The notes: generated by a model from the letters alone, not told the origin. 64,000 nucleotides of DNA from an uncultured Nitrospirales bacterium (GCA_964384595.1 CAYLLY010000002.1:16248-80247); one strand, 5' to 3'. Positions 44,247 to 53,437 are shown, counted from the first letter of the stretch. Made by a program: numbers and translations.

Positions 44247-44377
44247 CAGTTCACTCCTTGCTCTCTGGCTTTCACCACAGCTTGGACACGGCCAGCGGTA
44301 GAGGTCGTACGCGATGGGGCGTCCCCGGGCATGGCTTCGCCCTCTCACTTACACGATCGAAAACGACACCGCCCCTT

Positions 44378-45493
44378 TTAATTCCTGAAGACCGGAACAG
44401 GGTCTCCCGACCGCACGAGCATGTCCAAGATCCGCTCTGCAGCGCGACCATCGCCCGGGAGCGCGCTCGATGCCCTGGGACCACCCTCAAGCGCTGCACG
44501 GACAGCGGCAACGATTCGTTCCGGCTGTGTACCGGCCAGGCGGTTCCAGCCTTCATCCAAAGTCTCAACCCACTCGGTCTCATCACGCAATGTGACACAG
44601 GGAACATGCAACCAGAATGCTTCCTTCTGCACCCCCCCAGAGTCGGTCAGGACCAGTCGCGCGTGCCGTTCGAGCATGAGCATCTCATGATAAGAAACGG
44701 GCGGAATCAAACGAATCGAATCCGAGAGCCGGGGCATCCCATTTCGCTGTAACACCACCTTGCTCCGAGGGTGGAGCGGCACCACCACCGAAAGACCAAT
44801 AGCGCCCAACGCCTCGAACAGTGCGTTCAGGGCTTCAGGGCGATCCGTGATTTCGGCTCGATGCACTGTCGCTAACGCATACGCACCGGCACGGAGTCCC
44901 AGCATGGCCAGAACCTCGCCACCTCTGTCAGCTTGGTCGAGGTGATACAGAAGCGAGTCGTGCATGACGTCACCTACTAGATGCACCCCTTTGAGGATAC
45001 CTTCGCCATGCAGGTTTTTCACGGAGCGTTCCGTCGGGCAGAACAGGAGGGAAGAGAGATGATCGGTCACCACGCGGTTGCTCTCCTCAGGCATGACGCG
45101 GTTATGGCTGCGCAGCCCGGCCTCTACATGCGCAATCGGCAGCCCGAGCTTGCTGGCCGCGAGCGCGCCGGCCAGAGTGGAGTTTGTATCGCCATAGACA
45201 AGCACCCAGTCCGGCCGCTCGCGGGCCAGGAGGGGCTCGAGTCGCTCCAGCATCCGGCCGGTTTGCTGTCCATGCGGCCCGGACCCCACATCCAGGTGGT
45301 AGGCCGGAGCCGGAATGCCGAGTTCGCGGAAGAAGACCGCCGACATGTCCTCGTCGTAGTGCTGTCCGGTATGGATCAACACCTCCCGGATCGGGCGGCG
45401 ACCCATCCCCTGATTGAAGCCCGGCAGAGCGCGAGTGACCGCCGCCGCCTTGATGAACTGGGGACGCGCGCCGACGACCGTCACCACCTTCAT
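44378..45493 (-). CDS. wecB: UDP-N-acetylglucosamine 2-epimerase (non-hydrolysing)
   Basis: Track ORF trimmed to ATG 45493. MKVVTVVGARPQFIK, HTGQHYD, VYGDTNSTLAGALAA, HVEAGLRS, PEE.NR. Confidence 0.9.
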   Translation of the reverse strand: MKVVTVVGARPQFIKAAAVTRALPGFNQGMGRRPIREVLIHTGQHYDEDMSAVFFRELGIPAPAYHLDVGSGPHGQQTGRMLERLEPLLARERPDWVLVYGDTNSTLAGALAASKLGLPIAHVEAGLRSHNRVMPEESNRVVTDHLSSLLFCPTERSVKNLHGEGILKGVHLVGDVMHDSLLYHLDQADRGGEVLAMLGLRAGAYALATVHRAEITDRPEALNALFEALGAIGLSVVVPLHPRSKVVLQRNGMPRLSDSIRLIPPVSYHEMLMLERHARLVLTDSGGVQKEAFWLHVPCVTLRDETEWVETLDEGWNRLAGTQPERIVAAVRAALEGGPRASSALPGDGRAAERILDMLVRSGDPVPVFRN

Positions 45494-45503
45494 CGTCGCC
45501 CCT

Positions 45504-46271
45504 TCACTTAAAGTCCCGCCTTTGGAAGACCACACATGCCATGATCAGGATGACGGCGCTGTAGAGCATCCCGTACGCCACTGCAAAGACGAGGTACGAG
45601 GTCTCGATCGGAAGTCCATGCACCGCCTGCCCTTTGACGTTGAAATATTCGAGATTGGGGAGCAGATAGTAGAGCCCGTCGAGAATCGCCGTGGTCGCCT
45701 CACCCTTCAGTTTGGCGCCCAACAGCCTGAGATCGGCGGTCATATGACCGATCACATAAATCGCCATGCTGAAGGTGGCGCTCAGGGTCGTGGTGGTGAA
45801 GGTGGAAAACATCACCGCGACCGCGACGATCACCAGCAATTCGACCACGATCATGGCAATGGCCTTGAAGAGCCCCGCGTCGAACCCGATCCTCGCCACG
45901 AGAAGAATGAGCACATACCCCACCACCATGATCGCGGTGTTCACCAGAAGCGTGATCGTCAGACCGAAGTACCGCCCCAGGAGAAATTGATAGCGCGGCA
46001 CAGGCTTCGCGATGATGGTGTAAATCGTCCGTTTCTCGATTTCCTTGCTGACCAGCCCGATCCCCACGAAAATGGCGATCAAGACGCCGAACAGGTTGAT
46101 GCCGGCCAACCCAAGGTCCTTGATGATCTTGGCCTGCTCGCCCATGCTGAGCGTGCTCAGGAGGGTCGAACTGCCGATCATGAGCAGCCCGAAGAACACC
46201 AGGTTATACAGAATCTTGTCCCGGATGTTCTCCTTGAAGGTGTTGAGGGCGATCACGGTGATCCGGTTCAC
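45504..46271 (-). CDS. ABC-2 family transporter permease
   Basis: 255 aa with ~6 TM helices. NTFKENIRDKILYNLVFF..SKEIEKRTIYTIIAKP. GTGA overlap with the ATPase gene stop. Confidence 0.8.
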   Translation of the reverse strand: MNRITVIALNTFKENIRDKILYNLVFFGLLMIGSSTLLSTLSMGEQAKIIKDLGLAGINLFGVLIAIFVGIGLVSKEIEKRTIYTIIAKPVPRYQFLLGRYFGLTITLLVNTAIMVVGYVLILLVARIGFDAGLFKAIAMIVVELLVIVAVAVMFSTFTTTTLSATFSMAIYVIGHMTADLRLLGAKLKGEATTAILDGLYYLLPNLEYFNVKGQAVHGLPIETSYLVFAVAYGMLYSAVILIMACVVFQRRDFK

Positions 46272-47200
46272 GCGCGGCTTCCCTCCATCTCATTGAGAAA
46301 AAGGTCCTCCAGGGACCGTTTGTGCGGCACGAGCGACACCAACCGGCCCGCATGCCGACGCACGATGTCGAGGAGCGCGCTCACTCCCGCTTCGTCTTCC
46401 AGCTTGATCAACGCCTGATGGCCTCTTCGGACCACTGTCCCGCCCAAACGGCTCGCCTCCTGGATGCCGGCTTCCGCCAGCCCTTCCACGACGATCTCGA
46501 CCGACGTCACGGAAGCGGCTCCCACCAGTTCATGGACGGCCCCCACGGCCCGGAGGCGGCCCCGGACGAGGATCCCGACTCGATCGCAGATCATCTCGAC
46601 ATCCGGCAGGATATGGGTGCTGAAGAAGACCGTCTTGCCTCCCTCGCGGAGCCGGAGAATGATGTCCCGGACATCGCGCCGTCCGATGGGGTCCAGCCCC
46701 GACATCGGTTCGTCCAGGATGACCAACCGCGGGTCGTTGATCAGCGCTTGGGCCAGGCCGATCCGTTGAAGCATTCCTTTCGAAAATTTCCTGAGCGGAA
46801 GGCGCCGGGCATCGACCATGCTGACCATCTCCAACAGTTCATCGACCTTGCGTGCCAGCGGCGCGCCCCCGAGTCCGAAGAGTTGCCCGTAGAAGAGCAA
46901 AAACTCTTCGGCCGTCAGGTATTCGTAGAAGTAGGGCGATTCGGGGAGAAACCCCACGTGCTGCTTGACGGCCACGTCCTCGATCGGCCGTCCCAGAATG
47001 CGCGCCGTCCCCGCCGTCGGCGCAAGCAAGCCCATCAGCAGTTTCAGGGTCGTGGTCTTGCCGGCTCCATTATGCCCCAAAAACCCGAAGATTTCGCCCT
47101 GCTCCACCTCCAGGTCCAGCCGGTCGAGGGCCAGCACCCGCCGGCCCCGCAAGCCGAGACGAAACTCTTTCATCAAGCCAATGATCTGAAGCGGTTTCAT
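46268..47200 (-). CDS. ABC transporter ATP-binding protein (partner of the ABC-2 permease)
   Basis: 310 aa. Walker A GHNGAGKTT, signature FSKGMLQR, Walker B LVILDEPMSGLD. Confidence 0.88.
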   Translation of the reverse strand: MKPLQIIGLMKEFRLGLRGRRVLALDRLDLEVEQGEIFGFLGHNGAGKTTTLKLLMGLLAPTAGTARILGRPIEDVAVKQHVGFLPESPYFYEYLTAEEFLLFYGQLFGLGGAPLARKVDELLEMVSMVDARRLPLRKFSKGMLQRIGLAQALINDPRLVILDEPMSGLDPIGRRDVRDIILRLREGGKTVFFSTHILPDVEMICDRVGILVRGRLRAVGAVHELVGAASVTSVEIVVEGLAEAGIQEASRLGGTVVRRGHQALIKLEDEAGVSALLDIVRRHAGRLVSLVPHKRSLEDLFLNEMEGSRA

Positions 47201-48075
47201 CGCGGCATCCGTGTGCCGTAGAGCTTCATGCGCTCTTTCACCTCGCTGCTGCGGACCGTCTGGGTCTGCGGATCGTAGAGGTAGCGGCCGCCGAATGGCT
47301 CACGCGGGAGCTCGCGCAGGAGACCCGGCCTCACCAGATCCTCCAACCGCGCGGGCGCCCTCTTATGGAGCGCTCGGTACCGGTGAATGGTTTCCTCCAG
47401 CAGCAGGAGGTCCCGCTCCACCACCACCTCCTTGATCCGCTGTTCCAGCACCCGCCTGACATTTTCGTCCGCGGTGTGCTCATACACCTGAGCGAGAAAC
47501 ATGAGGGCGTCCTGCGGCGTATGGGCCGAGACGTAGAGCCTCGCCGCCAATCCCGCCAGATACGCCGGCGCCTCAGGCAGCCGGGACGCGCTGGCGATGT
47601 ACTGGGCCGCCTTCGCGTCGTCATAGTCATTGTAATAATAGTTGAATCCCAGGAGAAAGGGCAGATACCAGTCGTCCGGATTGTGCTCGATGCCCTTGAG
47701 CAGCAGCCGATTGCTTTCCGCAGGGAGCGGAACCAGGGTGGTAAGGGCGATCCCGCCAGCCCGGTACACGCGCACAAACCACGGGTCCAGCGTCGTGATC
47801 ACGTCCAGCGCATGCGCGATCCAAGCCCCCGCCTCCAGCGAGACTTTGCGTTCTCCCATGGCCTGGATGGCCTGCAGCCACAACACATCGGCCGCCACCT
47901 GGTGGTAGCCCAGGACCGCCATCCTGAGCTGTTCGCCGCTGGGCAGGTACATGAACCGCTGCAGCTTCGGAACGGCGGCTCGCTGGCGATCGAGCCCCAC
48001 CTGAAGGGCGTGCAGCCCCAGGATGAGGACCGCTCCGCCCAGCCACAAAAGCGCCAGTCGAGTCGTGCGGCTCAA
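47197..48075 (-). CDS. Membrane-anchored helical-repeat (TPR-like) protein, unknown function
   Basis: 292 aa with TTG start (TTGA overlap). One N-terminal TM helix (LALLWLGGAVLILGL), then helical-repeat-like sequence. Translationally coupled to both neighbours. Confidence 0.55.
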   Translation of the reverse strand: MSRTTRLALLWLGGAVLILGLHALQVGLDRQRAAVPKLQRFMYLPSGEQLRMAVLGYHQVAADVLWLQAIQAMGERKVSLEAGAWIAHALDVITTLDPWFVRVYRAGGIALTTLVPLPAESNRLLLKGIEHNPDDWYLPFLLGFNYYYNDYDDAKAAQYIASASRLPEAPAYLAGLAARLYVSAHTPQDALMFLAQVYEHTADENVRRVLEQRIKEVVVERDLLLLEETIHRYRALHKRAPARLEDLVRPGLLRELPREPFGGRYLYDPQTQTVRSSEVKERMKLYGTRMPR

Positions 48076-50027
48076 GGGACATCCACCGACGCGCGCAACC
48101 GCTTCAGCGCGGCGTCGTCCACCTCCAGGAACTGGCGTTCGAGCGGATTCAGCGTCCCCCCCCGGTAGCGCTCCATCACCTTAACAATCTCGCCGTATTC
48201 CGCACGCGCCGCCTCCGTCAGCCCTTCCCGCAGCGCGAGTTCGGCCAGCCGAACTCGCGCCGGCAGAAAGTTGGGCTCGTAGCTTTTCGCGAGCACGAGC
48301 CAGGCGATCGCCTCCTGGTCGCGGGCCTGAACCAACCGGACCCGGCTGAGGTCATAATAATAGAGCGGTGCGTAGGGATCTAACTGGAGCGCGTGTTCGT
48401 AGGCGGCCGCCGCCTGTTGCAGCAGCGCCCCTCGCTTGTCCCCGTATTCGGGGCGCTCGGCTAACAGCACGCGGACATTGCCTTCTCGGTGGGCAAGACG
48501 CGCATCTTGCGGATTCAGGTTCAACGCAATCCTGAATTCCTCCGCCGCATCGAGCAGCCACCGAACATTGCCGGATTGCTCGTAGAGCCGGATCTTCGTC
48601 AGGGCGATGGCGTCCCGGTAGGCGGTCGTTCCGGGTTCAATGCGCGTCGCCCATTGATACCAGCCCCAAGCCCGCTCCACCCGTCCGGCCGTCATCTCGG
48701 TTTCCCCTCTGTCGAACGCATACCAGGCGGCAGCCGGCCTGACGATGAGCACCGTCGCCAGAACGGCCAGGACAACGACCGACGCCGTGCGGGCTGGATG
48801 GGAGGCGAACGGAACCCTCCACACTGCCGACTCGTTGGGCGAACTCCGCCGTTTGACGACCACGATCAAGCCCGTAAACAGCACGCCCAACATCGCCAGG
48901 GCCGGCTGATGAAATACCGAATCCATGGCGGCATGCGTGAGCAGGCTCAGGAGGCCTCCGGCCATGCCGACTAAAAGTCCCTGTTCCCGGACATCCGGAG
49001 AGCGGCCGAGCGCGCCGCGCCACTCGGCGCCCACAAGCCATACCCCCGCCACGAAGACCGCCAGTCCCACCACGCCGAGTTCCACGCCCATTTGGAGATA
49101 TTCGTTATGCGCGGATTCTGCTCGCTTGGCGTAGCGGGCAACCGTACCCTCAACGGGGAAGCGGTACCGGAACGAAGTGTATTTATACATGCCGAGCCCC
49201 GCACCCCACGGATGATCGAGGATGCGCTGCAGGGAGTTGTGCCAGATATCCAGCCTCGTATAGGCGTAAGGGTCCTGCGCCCCGACGGTCTGCAGGCGTT
49301 GCCTCATGGGGTTCGGGACCAACAAGAGCACCAGCACACCCAGCAACAGCACTCCGAGAAACGCGCGTCTGAACCGGAAACATCCCACGAACGCGAGGGC
49401 GACTACGCATGATACCAAGGCTCCCCTGGACTGAGACAGAAGGAGTCCGAAGAAGCCGAGACCGGCCGACAGCCATACCCCCGCCCGCTCCCACCGTCGC
49501 CCTTCCCATTCGCAACCGAAGCAAAGCAGACCCAGTGCGACCGCAAGCACGGCCGATTCATACGCGGCAAAGAAGTTGGCATTGAAAAACGTCCCGGTGG
49601 CCCTGGACTGTTCCATCCAGACCACCTGGTACACACCCAGCACGGCCCCCAATGACCCAACGGCCAGCACAACGAAAAGCAACTTTCGGACATGCTCGAT
49701 GGATTCGATCAGATGGAGCACCAGGAAGAACAGCACGGCGTAGCTTATCAAGCTGAGCATCCACTGCAAGGCCGGGGCGGTATAGGGCGCACGCACGGCG
49801 CAGATAGCCGCCCATGCCAAGAATGCCAGAAGCGGCGTGAACAGGCGTGTCGTCCGGGTTACCAGTGCGCCGGATTTCATCGAAACAAGCCCCCACCCGG
49901 CAAGCATGGCAACGAGCGTGAAGCGGATGATGAGAACCGGAAGGTGAGTCGTTCCCCCTTCGATCAGCGGGGCAAAAGCGTACACCCCTCCCAGAACGAC
50001 GATCGGGAGGGGCATCTGGCGGGACAC
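48072..50027 (-). CDS. Wzy_C / O-antigen-ligase-family polytopic membrane protein with C-terminal TPR domain
   Basis: 651 aa; start is GTG 50027 or ATG 50015. LSQSRGALVSCVVAL..RLDIWHNSL..AHNEYLQMGVELGVVGL is the Wzy_C pattern. The last ~200 aa are TPR-like. Confidence 0.8.
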   Translation of the reverse strand: MSRQMPLPIVVLGGVYAFAPLIEGGTTHLPVLIIRFTLVAMLAGWGLVSMKSGALVTRTTRLFTPLLAFLAWAAICAVRAPYTAPALQWMLSLISYAVLFFLVLHLIESIEHVRKLLFVVLAVGSLGAVLGVYQVVWMEQSRATGTFFNANFFAAYESAVLAVALGLLCFGCEWEGRRWERAGVWLSAGLGFFGLLLSQSRGALVSCVVALAFVGCFRFRRAFLGVLLLGVLVLLLVPNPMRQRLQTVGAQDPYAYTRLDIWHNSLQRILDHPWGAGLGMYKYTSFRYRFPVEGTVARYAKRAESAHNEYLQMGVELGVVGLAVFVAGVWLVGAEWRGALGRSPDVREQGLLVGMAGGLLSLLTHAAMDSVFHQPALAMLGVLFTGLIVVVKRRSSPNESAVWRVPFASHPARTASVVVLAVLATVLIVRPAAAWYAFDRGETEMTAGRVERAWGWYQWATRIEPGTTAYRDAIALTKIRLYEQSGNVRWLLDAAEEFRIALNLNPQDARLAHREGNVRVLLAERPEYGDKRGALLQQAAAAYEHALQLDPYAPLYYYDLSRVRLVQARDQEAIAWLVLAKSYEPNFLPARVRLAELALREGLTEAARAEYGEIVKVMERYRGGTLNPLERQFLEVDDAALKRLRASVDVP

Positions 50028-50055
50028 GCGCTCACTTCCCCACAGACTCGCCGGG

Positions 50056-50092
50056 CGAAAAGCGCACGGGGGATCGGAGCGCCCCCGCGCGC
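50056..50092 (-). terminator. Candidate intrinsic terminator/attenuator downstream of pilin gene 1
   Basis: Minus strand reads GCGCGCGGGGG-cgctccgat-CCCCCGTGCGC followed by TTTTCG. That is an 11-bp GC-rich stem with one G.U pair, a 9-nt loop and a 4-U tract, about 30 nt after the pilin stop. Confidence 0.5.
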
Positions 50093-50121
50093 ACTTGCCA
50101 CGAACAGGCGACGATCCGAAC

Positions 50122-50616
50122 TTACGTGGAAACGTCGTTGGTGGTGTTCACCAGCAGCCGGCCATTGTCGATTGTCCACTGATCGCATACGGTAGTCTCG
50201 CCGTCGACATCCCCAATCGCCCCCGCCGTGAAGGCGGAAGCGGTGACCGTCACGTTGACGCCCGCCGAGTCCTTCGGCGGGTTCGTTCCGTGGCAGCCCG
50301 AGGTGGCTGAGTTGGAGCCGGTGTTGATGCGGAATGCCCCTGTACTCCCGCCATAATAGAACGAGTACCGCGGCGCGCCGCTCGGCGCATAGCCGATCTG
50401 GGTGGCCGACGTTACCGTGAAGGTGCTGTTTTCGGCAAAGTAGGCCGTGGCGGAGGTGAAGATACCTCCGAGCCCGACCTTGGCTTCCGACTGCCGCGCC
50501 TTGGCCTGGTAGGTCATAAAGTTCGGAATGGCGATCGCCGCCAAGATCCCGATGATCGCCACGACGATCATCAACTCAATCAGCGTAAAACCCTGTTCCT
50601 TTTTCATAGGCTGCAT
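50122..50616 (-). CDS. pilA: Type IV (type IVa-like) major pilin
   Basis: 164 aa. Leader MQPMKKEQG then [24 protein letters not shown] (Gly-1/Phe+1/Glu+5). C-terminal Cys pair. AAGGAGGG sits 6 nt upstream of the ATG. Confidence 0.92.
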   Translation of the reverse strand: MQPMKKEQGFTLIELMIVVAIIGILAAIAIPNFMTYQAKARQSEAKVGLGGIFTSATAYFAENSTFTVTSATQIGYAPSGAPRYSFYYGGSTGAFRINTGSNSATSGCHGTNPPKDSAGVNVTVTASAFTAGAIGDVDGETTVCDQWTIDNGRLLVNTTNDVST

Positions 50617-50704
50617 CGCAAGCCCTCCTTTAGTTTAAACTTTCAGCCGCATCCACATCGTACTCAAAACTGAATTTTCCCAGACTGCAAACCTTAATTC
50701 TATA

Positions 50705-50720
50705 AGCAAAATGCGTGCCT
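50705..50720 (-). promoter_or_regulatory. Sigma-54 (-24/-12) promoter for pilin gene 1
   Basis: Minus strand reads AGGCACG-CATT-TTGCT. It matches TGGCACG-N4-TTGCW with correct GG/GC spacing, about 90 nt upstream of the ATG at 50616. Confidence 0.65.
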
Positions 50721-50885
50721 TGCATCGATCTTGAAATTTCAAGCTAATATTGTGAAATACTTACAGGTGCCTGTATGCACTTATCCCTTTTGTTAATGGC
50801 GTGTGACATTTTTCTGTCAAGAGGAAGCCGTAAATTGTTCCTTCCTGTCCGGCACCCCTCAAAACGGCACTCCAGAGTCGCGCCC

Positions 50886-51392
50886 TCAGTTCAAGACATC
50901 GTTACTGGTATTCGTCAAAATTCTTGCGTCGTCGATAGTCCAATCATCACAGGCGGCATCCCCATCGGCGTTTCCACGGGCCGCCGCCGTAAAAGCGGAC
51001 GTCGAAGCCGCGACTTCTGCTGGAGCGACAGTCACATTGCAGGGGGTCGTCGCCGTACTCCCCCCTGAGATAGCAGTAGCGGTGCCGCTAACCGCAAACC
51101 AGTAAGAGTATCGCGGAGTTCCGCTCACCAAAAAGCCGAGGTTGCCTATGCTTGTGATGGCATACGTCCCGTATTGCGCAACCATCGTCGACGTCGCCGC
51201 CGTGAAAATCCCCCCGAGATTCACCTTGGCCTCCGACTGCCGCGCCTTCGCCTGATAGGTCATAAAGTTCGGGATGGCGACCGCCGCCAGAATCCCGATG
51301 ATCGCCACCACGATCATCAACTCGATGAGGGTAAAGCCTTGCGCTCCCGTCAGCTTGCGATTGGGCAACGGCAATCCTCGCTTCAGAATCAC
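50886..51392 (-). CDS. Type IV pilin, second tandem paralog
   Basis: ..NRKLTGAQG then [25 protein letters not shown]-terminal Cys pair. No ATG start is available. GTG 51392 (GAGGT upstream) or TTG 51368 (GAGGA 6 nt upstream) are candidates. The track start 51455 lies at or above the predicted transcription start. Confidence 0.85.
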   Translation of the reverse strand: MILKRGLPLPNRKLTGAQGFTLIELMIVVAIIGILAAVAIPNFMTYQAKARQSEAKVNLGGIFTAATSTMVAQYGTYAITSIGNLGFLVSGTPRYSYWFAVSGTATAISGGSTATTPCNVTVAPAEVAASTSAFTAAARGNADGDAACDDWTIDDARILTNTSNDVLN

Positions 51393-51463
51393 GCATACCT
51401 CAACCCCACCCTTAAAAACACGCACCCAGCAGACCAGGGTCGAAGCGCTAGGCAACGAATACA

Positions 51464-51479
51464 GGCAAGTCTTCTGCCA
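51464..51479 (-). promoter_or_regulatory. Sigma-54 (-24/-12) promoter for pilin gene 2
   Basis: Minus strand reads TGGCAG-AAGAC-TTGCC. GG and GC elements are at consensus spacing, 75-100 nt upstream of the candidate starts. Confidence 0.55.
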
Positions 51480-51585
51480 TCGCGGACATACAAAAATTCT
51501 AACTATATTAATGACTTAGATTCATCATTTCTTGCCCGCAATCGAGTCGGAGTCGCTTTTCGTCAATGCGCAGGGCAAAAATTGT

Positions 51586-53412
51586 TCAAAGGGTTTTGCT
51601 GGACTGCTTGTGCTGCGCTTTGCGGATCCGCTCATCAGCGGCCGGGTCCCAGAACCCCTTTGCCTTGAACCGATCCGTCAACTTTATGTTCGCCGGATCG
51701 AGCTCCAGCGAGCGAAGCCAGGCTTCGCGGGCATCGTTCGGGAGGTTGTTGGTGAGGCAGATCTCGCCGAGGTGCTCGAAGAAGATGGGGTCGTCGGGCA
51801 CCACGGCGACGGCTCGCTTCATCTCCTCCAGTGCTTCCTGCAGCCGCCCCATTTTGAAATAGGCCCACGCGAGACTGTCGAGATAGTAGCCGTTCTGCGG
51901 CTTGACCGCGAGCGCTCGTTGAATCAGCCCGACGGCCTCCTCCAGCCGCATGTCACGCTCCGCAAACGTATAGCCGAGATAGTTCAGCGCGTCGGCATGC
52001 TTGGGATCCAACCGGATGGCTTCCTGCATCTCGCTGACCAGTTCGTCGAACCGCCCCAGCTTGTCATAGGCGGTGCCCAGGTTGAAGTGGAAGTCGGCGC
52101 TGTCGGGATGCCGCTGCAGGCCTTCGCGAAAGACGGCGACCGCTTCTTCATGCCGCGAGGCCTGCAGCAGGGTCAGGCCCAGCATGAGGTAGGCGTCCGG
52201 CAGCTTGGGATTCAGGGCGATCACCTGGCGAAAATGCGGCAGCGCCTCCTCAGTTCGCTTCAGGCGATACAGCAGGTACCCGAGGTGGAGATGCGCGTCG
52301 GTGAACCGCGCATCAGCCTGGATGACCGCCCCGTATTCCGCAATGGCTTTCTCGTAGTCCTTCATCTCCTCATAGAGGTAGGCCAGGTGGTCGCGCACCC
52401 GCAGTTCGTTCGGCCGCAGCGTCAGCACGAGTTTCATCTGCTCGACCGCTTTGGGGAACTCCTTCATTTCGCCGTAAATCAGGCCGATGCGAAGCTGGGC
52501 CTCAACGTCCCCGGGAGACGCCTCGACGGCTTCACGCAACAGCACAAGCGCCGACGCATAGTCCTTCTGCGTCAACAGCATCCGGACCAGTCGGTGGCGC
52601 ACTTCACGATTGCCCCGATTGATCTCCTGGAGATACTTTCGGAGCGTCGCAATGGCTTGCGGGGCATCGCCCTGGGCCTCGAGCGCCGTCGCCAATCCCA
52701 GATAGGCCGGATCAAAGCCGGGATTGCCGGCCAGGGCATCCCGATAGGACTGTATGGCCCGATCCCATGCCTTCTGCTCAACCAGCACGTGACCGAGATA
52801 GAGGTAGCCGGTCGGCGACGAGGCCGGCGCCAGCGCGATGCCTTGACGGAGTCTCCGCTCCGATTCCTCATACCGCTTCTGCCCGGCCAGGAGCATGCCC
52901 ATCGAATAATAGGCCTGCGGTTCTTGCGGCCGTAGCGCCACGATCCGCTCGTAGTACCCGAGCGCGCGATCTGAATGGCCCGTGGCCACCGCGATGGCGG
53001 CCAGAATGTTCAGGGCCGGGAGGCTGGCGGTGTCTCTGGCAAGCACAGCTTCGGCGTGCGCCTGGGCTTTTCCATGCTCGCCCCGGGTGTGGTAGAGGGT
53101 CGCCAGGCGGAGGTGGAGCACCGCCGAGGTGGGATCAAGCGCAAGCGCCTTGAGGTACTCCTCCTGAGCCGTCCCGGCGTCATTCGCCACTTCGGCCTGG
53201 TACCCGCGCAGGAAATGGAAGTAGGCCTTCGGGTCCGGAACTCGCTGAACGGGGGGGGAGGCGGCACCCCGCTCCGTGGCCTGAACAACAGACGGCACAC
53301 CGGCCGTCACGGCCAGAAGGCAGGAGGCCCATGCGCTCACTCGTAGTATGGCAGTGGGAATGGCCGCCTCCAGAAGCGTGACGCGAATTTCACCGGGTAT
53401 GGCTCTCGGCAA
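51586..53412 (-). CDS. Secreted/periplasmic multi-TPR repeat protein
   Basis: 608-aa track ORF with more than 12 TPR-like units (..A.YY..G......A...Y..AL.L.P..). The start is more likely GTG 53340, giving the signal-peptide-like N-terminus SAWASCLLAVTAGVPSVVQA. Confidence 0.8.
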   Translation of the reverse strand: MPRAIPGEIRVTLLEAAIPTAILRVSAWASCLLAVTAGVPSVVQATERGAASPPVQRVPDPKAYFHFLRGYQAEVANDAGTAQEEYLKALALDPTSAVLHLRLATLYHTRGEHGKAQAHAEAVLARDTASLPALNILAAIAVATGHSDRALGYYERIVALRPQEPQAYYSMGMLLAGQKRYEESERRLRQGIALAPASSPTGYLYLGHVLVEQKAWDRAIQSYRDALAGNPGFDPAYLGLATALEAQGDAPQAIATLRKYLQEINRGNREVRHRLVRMLLTQKDYASALVLLREAVEASPGDVEAQLRIGLIYGEMKEFPKAVEQMKLVLTLRPNELRVRDHLAYLYEEMKDYEKAIAEYGAVIQADARFTDAHLHLGYLLYRLKRTEEALPHFRQVIALNPKLPDAYLMLGLTLLQASRHEEAVAVFREGLQRHPDSADFHFNLGTAYDKLGRFDELVSEMQEAIRLDPKHADALNYLGYTFAERDMRLEEAVGLIQRALAVKPQNGYYLDSLAWAYFKMGRLQEALEEMKRAVAVVPDDPIFFEHLGEICLTNNLPNDAREAWLRSLELDPANIKLTDRFKAKGFWDPAADERIRKAQHKQSSKTL

Positions 53413-53437
53413 ATTATACGGGCGCCCTTGAGGAGAG

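Noticed and set aside
50886-51455. The track start codon at 51455 for pilin 2 (189 aa).
   Set aside because: The sigma-54 -24/-12 element lies at 51464-51479, so the predicted transcription start is at about or below 51455. It would also give a ~40-aa leader. GTG 51392 or TTG 51368, both with Shine-Dalgarno-like sequences, fit a prepilin leader better.
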